64,000 nt of DNA from Paramoeba atlantica (Eukaryota; Protista; Discosea): positions 186,001-250,000 of the forward strand of contig CDRNVI010000018.1 in assembly GCA_977017575.1 (NCBI GenBank). The letters are read 5' to 3'. The notes below the pieces were generated by a model that saw only the letters and a list, made by a program, of their open reading frames with translations, was not told the origin of the DNA and did no database searches. The position numbers and the translations under genes are program-made. This document shows positions 32,198 to 43,195 of this stretch, piece by piece (within the stretch, counting starts at the first letter, position 1; each line of letters starts with the position of its first letter).

Positions 32198-32420
32198 GGG
32201 TGCTGGTCGGGTCGACAGAGTCTATACTCACGCCTAGCCCGCGAGGGCTAGGTACCCCAAGTGAGGTAGTACACGGGTAGTGAATCTCCTCCCCGTCGGC
32301 CAGCATCCTGTTTCGTGACCGTGTCGCTGTCGACACAGGCCCGCGCCTGCGCCCTCCCGTATAGCAAGGGAAGGGTTCACAAGTCAGGCCGTGGAGAGGT
32401 CGAAAGACCCGGTCCGGAAC
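32198..32420 (+). ncRNA. Conserved structured RNA element in the family 1 3' UTR (7 copies or part-copies in the window)
   Basis: GCGA and GAAA tetraloop hairpins, a 12-bp helix (32198-32209 with 32297-32308), and compensatory changes in the diverged copy at 43855-44080. Confidence 0.7.
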
Positions 32421-32682
32421 GCGCGAATGGATTGGGCATGGATTGCTTGTTTTAATTTTTACTGTTTTTCTTGTTTGTAGTATATACTTAGGGGAGACTA
32501 AATTGCTAGTTTCGAGCTGAGAAAAAAGGTACAACAAAAAAAAAGGGAGATCGAATTGCTAGTTTTGGGCTCCAAAATATGAAATTGCTAATTTGATTGC
32601 TTATTTTAAAATCATATACCCCCCCCCCAATGGACCTACTTGATTCGTCTAAAAAAAAAAAAAAAAAAAAAAAAAAAGGGGT

Positions 32683-32718
32683 CTTTAACGATAAAGATAC
32701 AGTTTCTGTACCTTGTTG
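32683..32718 (+). other. Retro-copied spliced-leader exon
   Basis: Identical 36-mer after (A)n-GGGGT, upstream of the ATG at 32765. Confidence 0.88.
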
Positions 32719-32764
32719 AATTATTTTCTTTATTTCATCTTTTCCAGGTACGCGGTTCTTTCTC

Positions 32765-35700
32765 ATGTCTGAAGACGATCTTCTCAAAGCCTCACATCCG
32801 CCGATGGACGACGATTCATTTTTACAAGAGGAAGCAGTACACAATAGAGGATCCTGGGACCAGTTTGCTGGAAACGCACATCTCATTAAGCAACGGAGTA
32901 CGTACAACGAATTGCTCTACACGACCCCTATTCCTGCGAACATTCCGGAAGAATGGAACATGAACGCCGCCTTGATCTCGACTGAGAACCAGACACGTGA
33001 TACGGGACAGGTAGATAGTAGCGATGAGGAAACAAACCACTCACGAGTCATCAGATTACATCATGGACACCAAAAAACGCAATCTGATAGCAACACTATC
33101 ACTAAAAAGTTTACTCGATGCCAACCATCTTCCACACCCCCAAGCGTCAAAGGGAATCGGGGAATCGTAAAGTCTCATCGAAAAGCGCGCGAACCAGCTA
33201 CACCTCGAAAAGGGGAAGCGACGGAACATAACCCCGAAAACAACTCTCCACGCCAAATAGTACAAGGAACTTCCCTTGAAATCCCACCTTCGACGAGCGA
33301 AGCAGTTCTCACGTTTCCATCTTCCCAAAACCGTCCGACACAAAGGGAGTGCCCCGCAGAAAACTGTATTTGGAAAACTCGTGCCCATGGAGGTCAATGG
33401 CAGTCGTACTACAACCACGTTGCTTACCGACACGGAAATAACATACCCAATGACTGGTGGACAAAGGAAGGACGATTTCTCTGCGACGCATGCGGTCGTC
33501 ATTACGATATTAGCAAGAAAACTTCTCATTTGAATCATTGTAAAATGCAATCTACACCACCCTCCTCGCAGCCGCCCTCACAACCACAGCAGCCTTCACA
33601 GCTGTCAGAGTCCGGGGAAGCCATGTACGATATACAAGGTACGCATAGTCTACCGTCCCTAGAGGAAGTTTGCACGACTCAAATAAGCACGTGCAAGGAT
33701 GTCCCACACCGATGTCGATATCTGTGGACCAGAATTTTTACCGCAGCCCTCTCCACCGCGGTAAACGAAAACTCACTGAGAGCCTGGACCCTTCTTGCCT
33801 TGCTTCCGAAATGCGTCCTACCAGCCCCGTACCGAGGAGGCCGCAAAGCTCACAAGTCCTATACCTCCTACATCTCAAAGCGAATGGAACTTTGGATACA
33901 AGGCCAATATACCACCCTATGGGCCCAAGCAAATTCGGAGCATGACAGGAAGCGCTCAAAAGTGCCGAATAATGAGATTGAGGGTGAAGAAGACAAGGCT
34001 GCAATACGGGCTGAAATTCTGGTTCGCCAAGGAGAATTTTCCCGAGGCATGGCTGCCCTTACTGCAGCTCCACTTGCACCATACAGCGAGGAAACCCTGC
34101 TAAAGCTGCAGGAAAAACACCCTAGCCCCCATGGTAATCCCATCTCGTGCCCCCTACCTCCCCTGGAAGAAGAAGCTTTAAAACTGGACGAATCCGAGGT
34201 GAGAAAAGCAGTAGATACCTTCCGTCGCGGATCCTCTGCTGGGACTATGGGGCTCCGGCCTGAACACCTCCAAACAGCGCTTCAAGAGCACGTCGACCAG
34301 AATATGAATCCTCTTACGACGCTCACTTCCTTCGTAAACCATCTCCTAGCTGGCAAAGCCCCAGACGAAGTGCAACCTTTTTTTGCAGGGGCACGGCTAT
34401 GCGCACTCGAAAAAGGGGAAGATGACGTGCGGCCTATCGCTGCGGGGGAAACCCTTAGACGCCTGGTGAGCAAGGCAGTGTGCCTTTCGATAAAAGAAAA
34501 AGCAGGATCCTTCTTTGGACGTCGTCAATACGGGGTCGCAGCGTCTGCTGGGGCGGAAAGAGTGATACACCTTTGTCGCCGTCTAATGAGAAATAATGAA
34601 GAAAATGAGAACATAACGTTCTGTAAGGTGGATCTTCGGAACGCCTTTAATAACGTGAGCCGACCCGTCTTCATCTTTCTCACACGAAAGCATTTCCCTG
34701 AACTATCCCCATGGGTAGAATGGTGTTATGCCAATCACAGCTGTCTCACATTCGGCAATGATTTTATCCCCTCGGCAGAAGGAGTGCAACAAGGAGACCC
34801 TCTGGGCCCACTCCTCTTCTCCTTGGTGTTAGCAGAGGTAACAGAAGAAATTGCATCAAATTCTAACCTACGAACACAATTATGGTATTTAGATGACGGT
34901 GTGCTTGTAGGTGAGCCCAAAGAAGTCCGTAAAGCCCTAGACGTCCTCGACGAGATAGGACCGAAGTGGGGACTCTTCCTGAATCTCTCCAAGTGCGAGA
35001 TCATTACCCCCCCAGCATCAGCTCATACCTCCGTTTTCTTTCCTGACATCCCCAGTGATAAAATACGGTACGACGGGAACTTCGACATTCTTGGAAGCCC
35101 AATAGGCTCTGCGGAACACTGTGCGGAGTTTCTCATGACACACGCGATTGAACCAGCCCGCGAAACATTAGAAGCTACTGCTGTGTTAGAAGATCCCCAA
35201 ATAGCTCTCGCACTAATACGGCAATGTTCGGGGTTTTGTCAGATGGTGTACGCACTGCGCACCACTCCTCCCCAAGCCCTTGGAGAATTATGCCAAAAAC
35301 TTGACTCTCATCTAGTCCAGGCCGTGGAGCACGCAATTTCTCCCTTAGGCGTCGCCGCTCGCGACCAAATACAACGACCAAAACGCCACGGCGGGTTCGG
35401 ACTTCGCTCATCAATTCTCCACCAGTCAGCAGCCTACGTTTCTTCCGTCGCGCACGCCGCTAGCTTGGACAACTGGGACCCCACAGAAGCTGAGGGATTT
35501 TCCAGCTCAGCACATGACATAAATGACAAAGTTGGGACTGATCTGGTTGATCCATACACTGGACGCATTACCAAACCTAGTGTGCCTGGTGAATATCATG
35601 CAAATCGGAGCATCCTTTCCCGCCCATCGAAAAGAAAACTCGCACAATCCCTCAATCACGCCCTTCTCCCGGTCTCGACGGATCAGGAAAAGATCATCCC

Positions 35701-36565
35701 GAGGCAAAAACATCTCAGCCAAGCTATCTCGGATAGGGAATTTCAAACGGCATATTCAAAGGCAGACGCAAGAACGCGGGCGCGATGGATCTCGCAGTCC
35801 GGAAAAGGGGCCGGAAACTGGGCTTTCGCAACTCCCTCCAAGACCAGAGGCTACGCTTTCACCCACACGGAGTTTCGTACCCTAACACGCTGGTGGCTAG
35901 GCATGGACGTCTTCCCCGAAGATCGGCCTTGCCCAGCTGACGGGTGCACCCTTCCCTTGCTCAAGAATGGAGAGCACGCTTTGCTCTGCAAGAACGGCCA
36001 TGGTATCATCTCACGGCACAACGCTCTGGCCCAACAATTTACATCGTTCTGCAGCAGAGCCTTCCTGGCGCCACAGAGAGAGAAGAGTTTGGGAAATCGG
36101 GGTCCTGGGGGGGCTCTCACGAGACCAGCAGACGTATTTCTGCCAACTGCCTCCATCGCCAAAGGATCTTTAGCGCAAGGCATGGTCCTAGATTTTGCGG
36201 TCACTCACGCACAGCAAACAAAGTATTTGGACTCAGTCCACAATGCTAGCTGGGTGACCCCGGGGTCTTTTGCCGAGCACTTCGCGGAGACCAAGGCGCG
36301 ACAGCGACAAGAAGCAGAAAAAGCAGGACACCTCTTCACAGCGATGGTGGTGGAATCCTTTGGTTCCTGGAGCGAGAGTGCGCTAGCGTTACTCCGGGAC
36401 ATCGGAACCCAACGGGCGAATGCATCCAAAGGGCTCCTTTCACGAGACCAAGCGCGAAACGATCTCCTAACAGATCTGAACGTGACGCTAATGCGTTCTC
36501 AAGCCAGGATGATGGTTTCGCGCATCCGCGTAGAGGACCCAGCGGATCCTTTGGTAGAGGCTTAA
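32765..36565 (+). CDS. CRE-like family 1 copy 2 polyprotein (1266 aa, intact)
   Basis: LsmAD-like motif, two zinc fingers, RT (QQGDPLGP, WYLDDG), CCHC plus RHN, RPAD..LDFAV RLE. Confidence 0.95.
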   Translation: MSEDDLLKASHPPMDDDSFLQEEAVHNRGSWDQFAGNAHLIKQRSTYNELLYTTPIPANIPEEWNMNAALISTENQTRDTGQVDSSDEETNHSRVIRLHHGHQKTQSDSNTITKKFTRCQPSSTPPSVKGNRGIVKSHRKAREPATPRKGEATEHNPENNSPRQIVQGTSLEIPPSTSEAVLTFPSSQNRPTQRECPAENCIWKTRAHGGQWQSYYNHVAYRHGNNIPNDWWTKEGRFLCDACGRHYDISKKTSHLNHCKMQSTPPSSQPPSQPQQPSQLSESGEAMYDIQGTHSLPSLEEVCTTQISTCKDVPHRCRYLWTRIFTAALSTAVNENSLRAWTLLALLPKCVLPAPYRGGRKAHKSYTSYISKRMELWIQGQYTTLWAQANSEHDRKRSKVPNNEIEGEEDKAAIRAEILVRQGEFSRGMAALTAAPLAPYSEETLLKLQEKHPSPHGNPISCPLPPLEEEALKLDESEVRKAVDTFRRGSSAGTMGLRPEHLQTALQEHVDQNMNPLTTLTSFVNHLLAGKAPDEVQPFFAGARLCALEKGEDDVRPIAAGETLRRLVSKAVCLSIKEKAGSFFGRRQYGVAASAGAERVIHLCRRLMRNNEENENITFCKVDLRNAFNNVSRPVFIFLTRKHFPELSPWVEWCYANHSCLTFGNDFIPSAEGVQQGDPLGPLLFSLVLAEVTEEIASNSNLRTQLWYLDDGVLVGEPKEVRKALDVLDEIGPKWGLFLNLSKCEIITPPASAHTSVFFPDIPSDKIRYDGNFDILGSPIGSAEHCAEFLMTHAIEPARETLEATAVLEDPQIALALIRQCSGFCQMVYALRTTPPQALGELCQKLDSHLVQAVEHAISPLGVAARDQIQRPKRHGGFGLRSSILHQSAAYVSSVAHAASLDNWDPTEAEGFSSSAHDINDKVGTDLVDPYTGRITKPSVPGEYHANRSILSRPSKRKLAQSLNHALLPVSTDQEKIIPRQKHLSQAISDREFQTAYSKADARTRARWISQSGKGAGNWAFATPSKTRGYAFTHTEFRTLTRWWLGMDVFPEDRPCPADGCTLPLLKNGEHALLCKNGHGIISRHNALAQQFTSFCSRAFLAPQREKSLGNRGPGGALTRPADVFLPTASIAKGSLAQGMVLDFAVTHAQQTKYLDSVHNASWVTPGSFAEHFAETKARQRQEAEKAGHLFTAMVVESFGSWSESALALLRDIGTQRANASKGLLSRDQARNDLLTDLNVTLMRSQARMMVSRIRVEDPADPLVEA

Positions 36566-37104
36566 GCCTCTACTGACAGTCCAGTTTCAGCACGAAGACG
36601 CCATAATATCCAGGACGGGTGCTGGCCGGGTCGACAGAGACTATGCTCACGCCTAGCCCGCGAGGGCTAGGTACCCCAAGTGAGGTAGTACACGGGTAGT
36701 GAATCTCCTCCCCGTCGGCCAGCATCCTGTTTCGCGACCGTGTCGCTGTCGACACAGGCCCGCGCCTGCGCCCTCCCGTATAGCAAGGGAAGGGTTCACA
36801 AGTCAGGCCGTGGAGAGGTCGAAAGACCCGGTCCGGAACGCGCGAATGGATTGGGCATGGATTGCTTGTTTTAATTTTTACTGTTTTTCTTGTTTGTATT
36901 ATATACTTAGGGGAGACTAAATTGCTAGTTTTGGGCTGAGAAAAAAGGTACATCTGTGGACAGAAAAAGAATTGCTAATTTGATTGTTTGTTTTCAACTC
37001 GTATACCCCCCCCAATGGACCTACTTGGTTCGTCTACTGGGTCAAAATATAGAGGCAATGCCGCGATTCATAAAAAAAAAAAGGGGTCTAAAAAAAAAAA
37101 AAAC

Positions 37105-37474
37105 CGAGGGCTAGGTACCCCAAGTGAGGTAGTACACGGGTAGTGAATCTCCTCCCCGTCGGCCAGCATCCTGTTTCGTGACCGTGTCGCTGTCGACACA
37201 GGCCCGCGCCTGCGCCCTCCCGTATAGCAAGGGAAGGGTTCACAAGTCAGGCCGTGGAGAGGTCGAAAGACCCGGTCCGGAACGCGCGAATGGATTAGGC
37301 ATGGATTGCTTGTTTTAATTTTTACTGTTTTTCTTGTTTGTAGTATATACTTAGGGGAGACTAAATTGCTAGTTTTGGGCTGAGAAAAAAGGTACATCTG
37401 TGGACAGAAAAAGAATTGCTAATTTGATTGTTTGTTTTCAACTCGTATACCAAAAAAAAAAAAAAAAAAAAAAA
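37105..37474 (+). mobile_element. 3'-UTR-only (extremely 5'-truncated) family 1 copy with A-tail
   Basis: Near-identical to 36660-37005; starts at the GCGA hairpin. Confidence 0.85.
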
Positions 37475-37511
37475 TTTGTTCCGATCAAATACCGCAAAAA
37501 AAAAAAAAAAA

Positions 37512-37547
37512 CTTTAACGATAAAGATACAGTTTCTGTACCTTGTTG
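37512..37547 (+). other. Retro-copied spliced-leader exon
   Basis: Identical 36-mer after an A-run, upstream of the ATG at 37585. Confidence 0.88.
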
Positions 37548-37584
37548 ATTTTTCTTTCTCTTTATTGCTTACTAGGGTCGCACC

Positions 37585-40500
37585 ATGCCGCCCGATGATT
37601 CCTTTGATGCCAACGCGTTACCAATGGATGATGACTCTTTTCGCCAGGAACAAATGTCACACAAACCCGGAGATTGGGACCAATTCGCAGGAAACGCTCA
37701 CCTGATTTCCGGCCAAAGCACCTACAATGAACTTTTGTATACGACACCTATCCCCGAAAACGTACCTAAACACTGGACCGAAAGAGCCTACAAGATCGCG
37801 GCAGAGGAACCTACACCGGACACAGGCAGAATGACCGCGGACGAAGAGACAAATCACTCCCTTGTCGTGGCAAACAACGTGGGAATTACTTCGGAGGCCT
37901 CATCCGCCCACATTTTCTCTCCAACTAAGGCTACAAAGCGCAAGAATACTGATTCTGCCCCTACCACATACCACAACGCCAATACGCAGCAGAAGGATGT
38001 AGAACGTCAATGCCCAGCAGAAGGATGTACGTGGAAAACCCCACCACATAGCGGAAAATGGCAGGCATTTTATCACCATGTAGCTCATCGACACGGCAAA
38101 AACATTCTAAACGAGTGGTGGGAGGGAGAGGGAAGATTCCTCTGCAGAGATTGTGGCAGACACTACGCCAAGAACAAGCTCAAGTCTCACCCCAAAAACT
38201 GCAGGGGCCGCAACAATTCCGGACGGTCATTAGCCCCACCTCTTCCAACGGCACGTCCCCAAAACGCAGAAGAAAATCTAACAGACAATTTGCCATCACT
38301 CGGCTCCATCTGCGCACTTTCCATGAGCACCTGCAAAGACGTTCCACACTGTTGCAGATTCCTCTGGGCGAGCATCCTCACGCAATCCTTGACATCCGCA
38401 GTGAAGGAAAACACGGTAGAGGCATGGACACTTCTCGCAATGCTCCCTAAGTGTGTCCTACCAGCACCTTTCCGAGGCGGTCGCAAAGGCCACACATCAT
38501 ACTCTACGTACGTCGAAAACCGCATGAAACTGTGGCTAGCGGGGGAGTACCTCTTGCTATGGGAAGATGCCCAGAGGGATCATTATAAAAAGCGCTCCAG
38601 ATCACGCGACTCCGAAATCGATGCAGACAGAGCGGCAATTCGAGCCGAACTCTTGGCCCGCCAGGGGGAATTTTCCAGGGGAATGGCAGCCCTAACCGCA
38701 GCCCCCATGGCGCCAGACAATGCAGATACCCTCGAAAAGCTCTTGGAGAAGCATCCAGACCCACACGAAAATCCCTTGCAGAATGATCTACCACCGATCG
38801 AGGGCAACCCCCTACACCTAGAGGAAACAGAGGTCAAAAAAGCGATCGTCAGCTTCCGCAGGGGATCTTCAGCCGGCACGATGGGACTTCGTCCAGAGCA
38901 CCTCCAGGCAGCCATCTTGGAACATGTGGACAAGGATGTGAATCCTCTCTCGGCCCTCACGCGACTAGTGAACCACATGCTTCAAGGAAAAGCGCCACAA
39001 GACGTCCAATCATTCTACGCTGGAGCCCGGCTCTGCGCCCTGGAAAAAGGCGAGGACGATGTTCGACCAATCGCAGCGGGTGAAACCCTTAGACGCCTCG
39101 TAAGCAAGGCGGCATGTATCTCGATAAAGGAGAAAGCGGGTACTCTGTTCAACGGGCGACAATATGGTGTAGCATCCCCCGCGGGAGCCGAACGAGTTAT
39201 CCACCTCTGCCGGAGAGCCATGCTCAATAACCTGGGGAGTGACAATTTTGTCTTCTGCAAAGTGGACTTAAGAAACGCTTTCAATAACGTCAGCAGGCCT
39301 GTTCTCACCCTAACCACGCGCTTAAATTTCCCCGAACTCTCACCTTGGGTAGAGTGGTGTTACTCCAAAGTGAGCTGTCTTACCTACAGAGACAATGTCA
39401 TACCCTCGGCAGAGGGGGTACAACAAGGAGACCCACTAGGCCCTCTTCTCTTCTCTCTAGTACTATCCAGTGTAACAGAAGAAATATCGTCTCGGTCGAA
39501 TCTAGACACTCAACTTTGGTACCTAGATGACGGGGTACTCATAGGGGAGGCTGAGGAGGTCAGGAAGGCGCTCGATGTTTTTTCCAATGTTGGCTCCCGA
39601 TGCGGACTTTTCCTAAACCCATCGAAATGTGAGATAATAACACCGCCTGCTTCATCCCATCTCACAGGATTATTTCCAGAGATACCGAAGACTAAAACTC
39701 GTACTGATGGAAATTTCGACATCTTGGGCTCCCCGATTGGGTCAGCGGAGCATTGCGTGGAGTTTCTCAGGTCAGAAGCCATTGAGCCCGCACGCGAAAC
39801 ACTAGACGCAATAGGTTTCATAGGAGACCCACAAGTAGCCATGTCCCTCATCCGGCAGTGCACTGGATTCTGTCAAATGGTCTACGCACTTCGCACGACA
39901 CCCCCTCAGGCGCTTTCTGAGCTTTGTAATTCCCTTGATGAAAATGTTCTAAAAGCCGCGGAATGGGCACTTTTCCCTCTGGATTCCCACGCGCGTGACC
40001 AAATCCAACGTAAGAAGCGCAACGGGGGTTTTGGTCTCAGGTCTTCGCTCCTCCACGCAACAGCAGCATATGTCTCCTCCGTTGCGCACGCCGCCGATGC
40101 AGACGATTGGGACCCTTCAGAAGCCGAGGGATTCACCATTTCCGTGCAAGACGTGAATAGAAAGGCGGGGGTAGAACTTGTGGATCCCGGTACAGGACGC
40201 ATCCCGAAACAGAATAAACCACATCCAGAGTCCAGCCAAAGACACAACCTCACCTCGAGAAGCAAACGCCCACGACACATACTCAACAACATGGACGCGG
40301 ATAAGACGGCCGAGCCGGAAATGGTTATCCCCCGGCAGCAGCAACTGAGCCAAGCCATATCGCAGCAGGAATTCACTACAGCCTACGGCCAGGCCGACCC
40401 CCGCACCCGAGCACGATGGGTTTCTCAGTCAGGAAAGGGAGCTGGGAGCTGGGCCTTCGTCACGCCCTCAAGGAGTAAAGGTTTTGCTTTCACACCAACC

Positions 40501-41181
40501 GAGTTCCGCACGTTATCGCGCTGGTGGTTTGGCATGGACATTTATGGCCAAGATCGCCCCTGCCCAGCAAACGGGTGTTCCCTACCCCTACAGAAAAATG
40601 GGGAGCATGCATTATTGTGCAAGAACGGACATGGCCTCATCACGCGGCACAATGCGCTTTGTGTAGAATTCGCCTCCTTTTGCAGCAAGGCCAACATGGC
40701 TCCCCAGCGAGAAAAAAGTCTAGGAAATCGGGGGCCAGGAGGGGGTCTCACCAGACCGGCTGACGTTTTCCTCCCCACGTACACTCTAGGGAAAGGCATG
40801 GTACTAGACTTCGCAGTCACCCACGCACAGCAAACAAAGTATTTGGACTCTGTCCGGAATGCTAGCTGGGTGGCTGCAGGGTCTTTCGCCGAGCATTACT
40901 CAGAAACGAAGGAAAAACAACGTCAAGAAGCAGAAGAAGCACAACTAGGGTTCACGGCCATGGTTGTCGAGTCTTTTGGCTCGTGGAGTAAAAGCGCAAT
41001 GGCGGTCTTATGGAAGGTGGGAGCACTACGCGCCAACTCGTCAAAAGGTCTTCTCACGGATGCTCAAGCCCGAAATGACCTTCTGAAAGAGCTTAACGTC
41101 ACACTCATGCGCTCTCAGGCCCGCATGATGGTCTCCCGGATAGTCGTCAGTGACCCCCAAGCTCCCCTGGAAGGGGAGTAG
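37585..41181 (+). CDS. CRE-like family 1 copy 3 polyprotein (1198 aa, intact)
   Basis: Same domain order and motifs as copy 2. Confidence 0.95.
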   Translation: MPPDDSFDANALPMDDDSFRQEQMSHKPGDWDQFAGNAHLISGQSTYNELLYTTPIPENVPKHWTERAYKIAAEEPTPDTGRMTADEETNHSLVVANNVGITSEASSAHIFSPTKATKRKNTDSAPTTYHNANTQQKDVERQCPAEGCTWKTPPHSGKWQAFYHHVAHRHGKNILNEWWEGEGRFLCRDCGRHYAKNKLKSHPKNCRGRNNSGRSLAPPLPTARPQNAEENLTDNLPSLGSICALSMSTCKDVPHCCRFLWASILTQSLTSAVKENTVEAWTLLAMLPKCVLPAPFRGGRKGHTSYSTYVENRMKLWLAGEYLLLWEDAQRDHYKKRSRSRDSEIDADRAAIRAELLARQGEFSRGMAALTAAPMAPDNADTLEKLLEKHPDPHENPLQNDLPPIEGNPLHLEETEVKKAIVSFRRGSSAGTMGLRPEHLQAAILEHVDKDVNPLSALTRLVNHMLQGKAPQDVQSFYAGARLCALEKGEDDVRPIAAGETLRRLVSKAACISIKEKAGTLFNGRQYGVASPAGAERVIHLCRRAMLNNLGSDNFVFCKVDLRNAFNNVSRPVLTLTTRLNFPELSPWVEWCYSKVSCLTYRDNVIPSAEGVQQGDPLGPLLFSLVLSSVTEEISSRSNLDTQLWYLDDGVLIGEAEEVRKALDVFSNVGSRCGLFLNPSKCEIITPPASSHLTGLFPEIPKTKTRTDGNFDILGSPIGSAEHCVEFLRSEAIEPARETLDAIGFIGDPQVAMSLIRQCTGFCQMVYALRTTPPQALSELCNSLDENVLKAAEWALFPLDSHARDQIQRKKRNGGFGLRSSLLHATAAYVSSVAHAADADDWDPSEAEGFTISVQDVNRKAGVELVDPGTGRIPKQNKPHPESSQRHNLTSRSKRPRHILNNMDADKTAEPEMVIPRQQQLSQAISQQEFTTAYGQADPRTRARWVSQSGKGAGSWAFVTPSRSKGFAFTPTEFRTLSRWWFGMDIYGQDRPCPANGCSLPLQKNGEHALLCKNGHGLITRHNALCVEFASFCSKANMAPQREKSLGNRGPGGGLTRPADVFLPTYTLGKGMVLDFAVTHAQQTKYLDSVRNASWVAAGSFAEHYSETKEKQRQEAEEAQLGFTAMVVESFGSWSKSAMAVLWKVGALRANSSKGLLTDAQARNDLLKELNVTLMRSQARMMVSRIVVSDPQAPLEGE

Positions 41182-41754
41182 GGCCCACAGGCATGGTCCT
41201 CTAGGGTAACAAGACGATTAGGGTGCTGGTCGCGTCGACAGAGTCTATACTCACGCCTAGCCCGCGAGGGCTAGGTACCCCAAGTGAGGTAGTACACGGG
41301 TAGTGAATCTCCTCCCCGTCGGCCAGCATCCTGTTTCGCGACCGTGTCGCTGTCGACACAGGCCCGCGCCTGCGCCCTCCCATATAGCAAGGGAAGGGTT
41401 CACAAGTCAGGCCGTGGAGTGGTCGAAAGACCCGGTCCGGAACGCGCGAATGGATTGGGTCTGTATTGCTTGTTTTAGTTTTTACTGTTTCTTGTTTGTA
41501 GTATATACTTAGGGGAGATTAAATTGCTAGTTTTGGGCTGAGAAAAAACAAAAGGTACATCTGTGGAAACAAAAAGAATTGCTAATTTGATTGCTTGTTT
41601 TTAACTCGTATACCCCCCCAATGGACCTACTTGGTTCGTCTACTGGGTCAAAATATAGAGGCAATGCCGCGATTCATACTTCTCCCCCCTTATTAATTGC
41701 AAAAAAAAAAAAAAAAAAAGGTAAAAAAAAAAAAGGTAAAAAAAAAAAAAAGGT

Positions 41755-42693
41755 CCATGGTAGTGGAATCGTACGGATCATGGAACCCGACGTCCCTCCA
41801 TATGCTGAAGAAGATCGCGGGAAAAAGAGCCGCAGCATGTAAGGGTGATATGTCCGAGCAAGCGTCAATGTTTTTTCTTCTCCAGGACATGAACGTTACG
41901 CTCATGCGGTCTCAGGCACGAATGCTTGTAAGACGCATGGCAGACGTGGATATCCATGCCAGTCTCGCTTTACTGCACGAGGCACCCTCTGACACCACAC
42001 CAAATCGTGCCAGCTGCGGACCGGCAGGAGCGATCGAGCCTACAGTGCCTATTCTCACGCCTCGCCTTCGTGAGTGAGGTACCCCAAGGTGGGATAGGTA
42101 GGGATTCGGACTGACAGTCCTATTTCAGCACGAAGACGCCATGGTATCCAGGACGGGTGCTGGTCGGGTCGACAGAGTCTATGCTCACGCCTAGCCCGCG
42201 AGGGCTAGGTACCCCAAGTGAGGTAGTACACGGGCAGTGAATCTCCTCCCCGTCGGCCAGCATCCTGTTTCGCGACCGTGTCGCTGTCGACACAGGCCCG
42301 CGCCTGCGCCCTCCCGTATAGCAAGGGACGGGTTCACAAGTCAGGCCGTGGAGTGGTCGAAAGACCCGGTCCGGAACGCGCGAATGGATTGGGCATGGAT
42401 TGCTTGTTTTGATTTTTACTGTTTTTCTTGTTTGTAGTATATACTTAGGGGAGACTAAATTGCTAGTTTCGAGCTGAGAAAAAAGGTACAACAAAAAAAA
42501 AAGGGAGATCGAATTGCTAGTTTTGGGCTCCAAAATATGAAATTGCTAATTTGATTGCTTATTTTAAAATCATATACCCCCCCCCCAATGGACCTACTTG
42601 GTTCGTCTAATGGGTCGAAATATAGAGGCAATGCCGCGATTCATACTTCTCCCCCCCTATTAATTGCAAAAAAAAAAAAAAAAAAAAAAAAAA
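41755..42693 (+). mobile_element. 5'-truncated near-identical duplicate of the 3' end of family 1 copy 1
   Basis: Matches 31799-32650 but has TAC where copy 1 has TAA. Ends ..CCCCTATTAATTGC(A)n. Confidence 0.92.
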
Positions 42694-43195
42694 ACGCCTA
42701 GCCCGCGAGGGCTAGGTACCCCAAGTGAGGTAGTACACGGGCAGTGAATCTCCTCCCCGTCGGCCAGCATCCTGTTTCGCGACCGTGTCGCTGTCGACAC
42801 AGGCCCGCGCCTGCGCCCTCCCGTATAGCAAGGGACGGGTTCACAAGTCAGGCCGTGGAGTGGTCGAAAGACCCGGTCCGGAACGCGCGAATGGATTGGG
42901 CATGGATTGCTTGTTTTGATTTTTACTGTTTTTCTTGTTTGTAGTATATACTTAGGGGAGACTAAATTGCTAGTTTCGAGCTGAGAAAAAAGGTACAACA
43001 AAAAAAAAAGGGAGATCGAATTGCTAGTTTTGGGCTCCAAAATATGAAATTGCTAATTTGATTGCTTATTTTAAAATCATATACCCCCCCCCCCAATGGA
43101 CCTACTTGGTTCGTCTAATGGGTCGAAATATAGAGGCAATGCCGCGATTCATACTTCTCCCCCCCTATTAATTGCAAAAAAAAAAAAAAAAAAAA
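42694..43195 (+). mobile_element. 3'-UTR-only family 1 copy with A-tail
   Basis: Duplicate of about 42187-42690, beginning at the GCGA hairpin. Confidence 0.9.

Noticed and set aside
32262-32271. TGAGGTAGTA identical to the let-7 5' end
   Set aside because: A 10-nt match with no miRNA hairpin context, in a non-metazoan sequence; it is explained by local pairing with CTCAC.
32163-32537. Repeated minus-strand ORFs (also 36570, 37068, 42120, 42660) over the 3' UTR
   Set aside because: They are antisense frames through a GC-rich structured repeat, and the diverged copy conserves base pairing rather than a reading frame.
41591-41842. Short poly-lysine or poly-phenylalanine ORFs across A-runs (also 37400, 32640, 43172)
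   Set aside because: They are translation artefacts of poly(A) tails and junctions.
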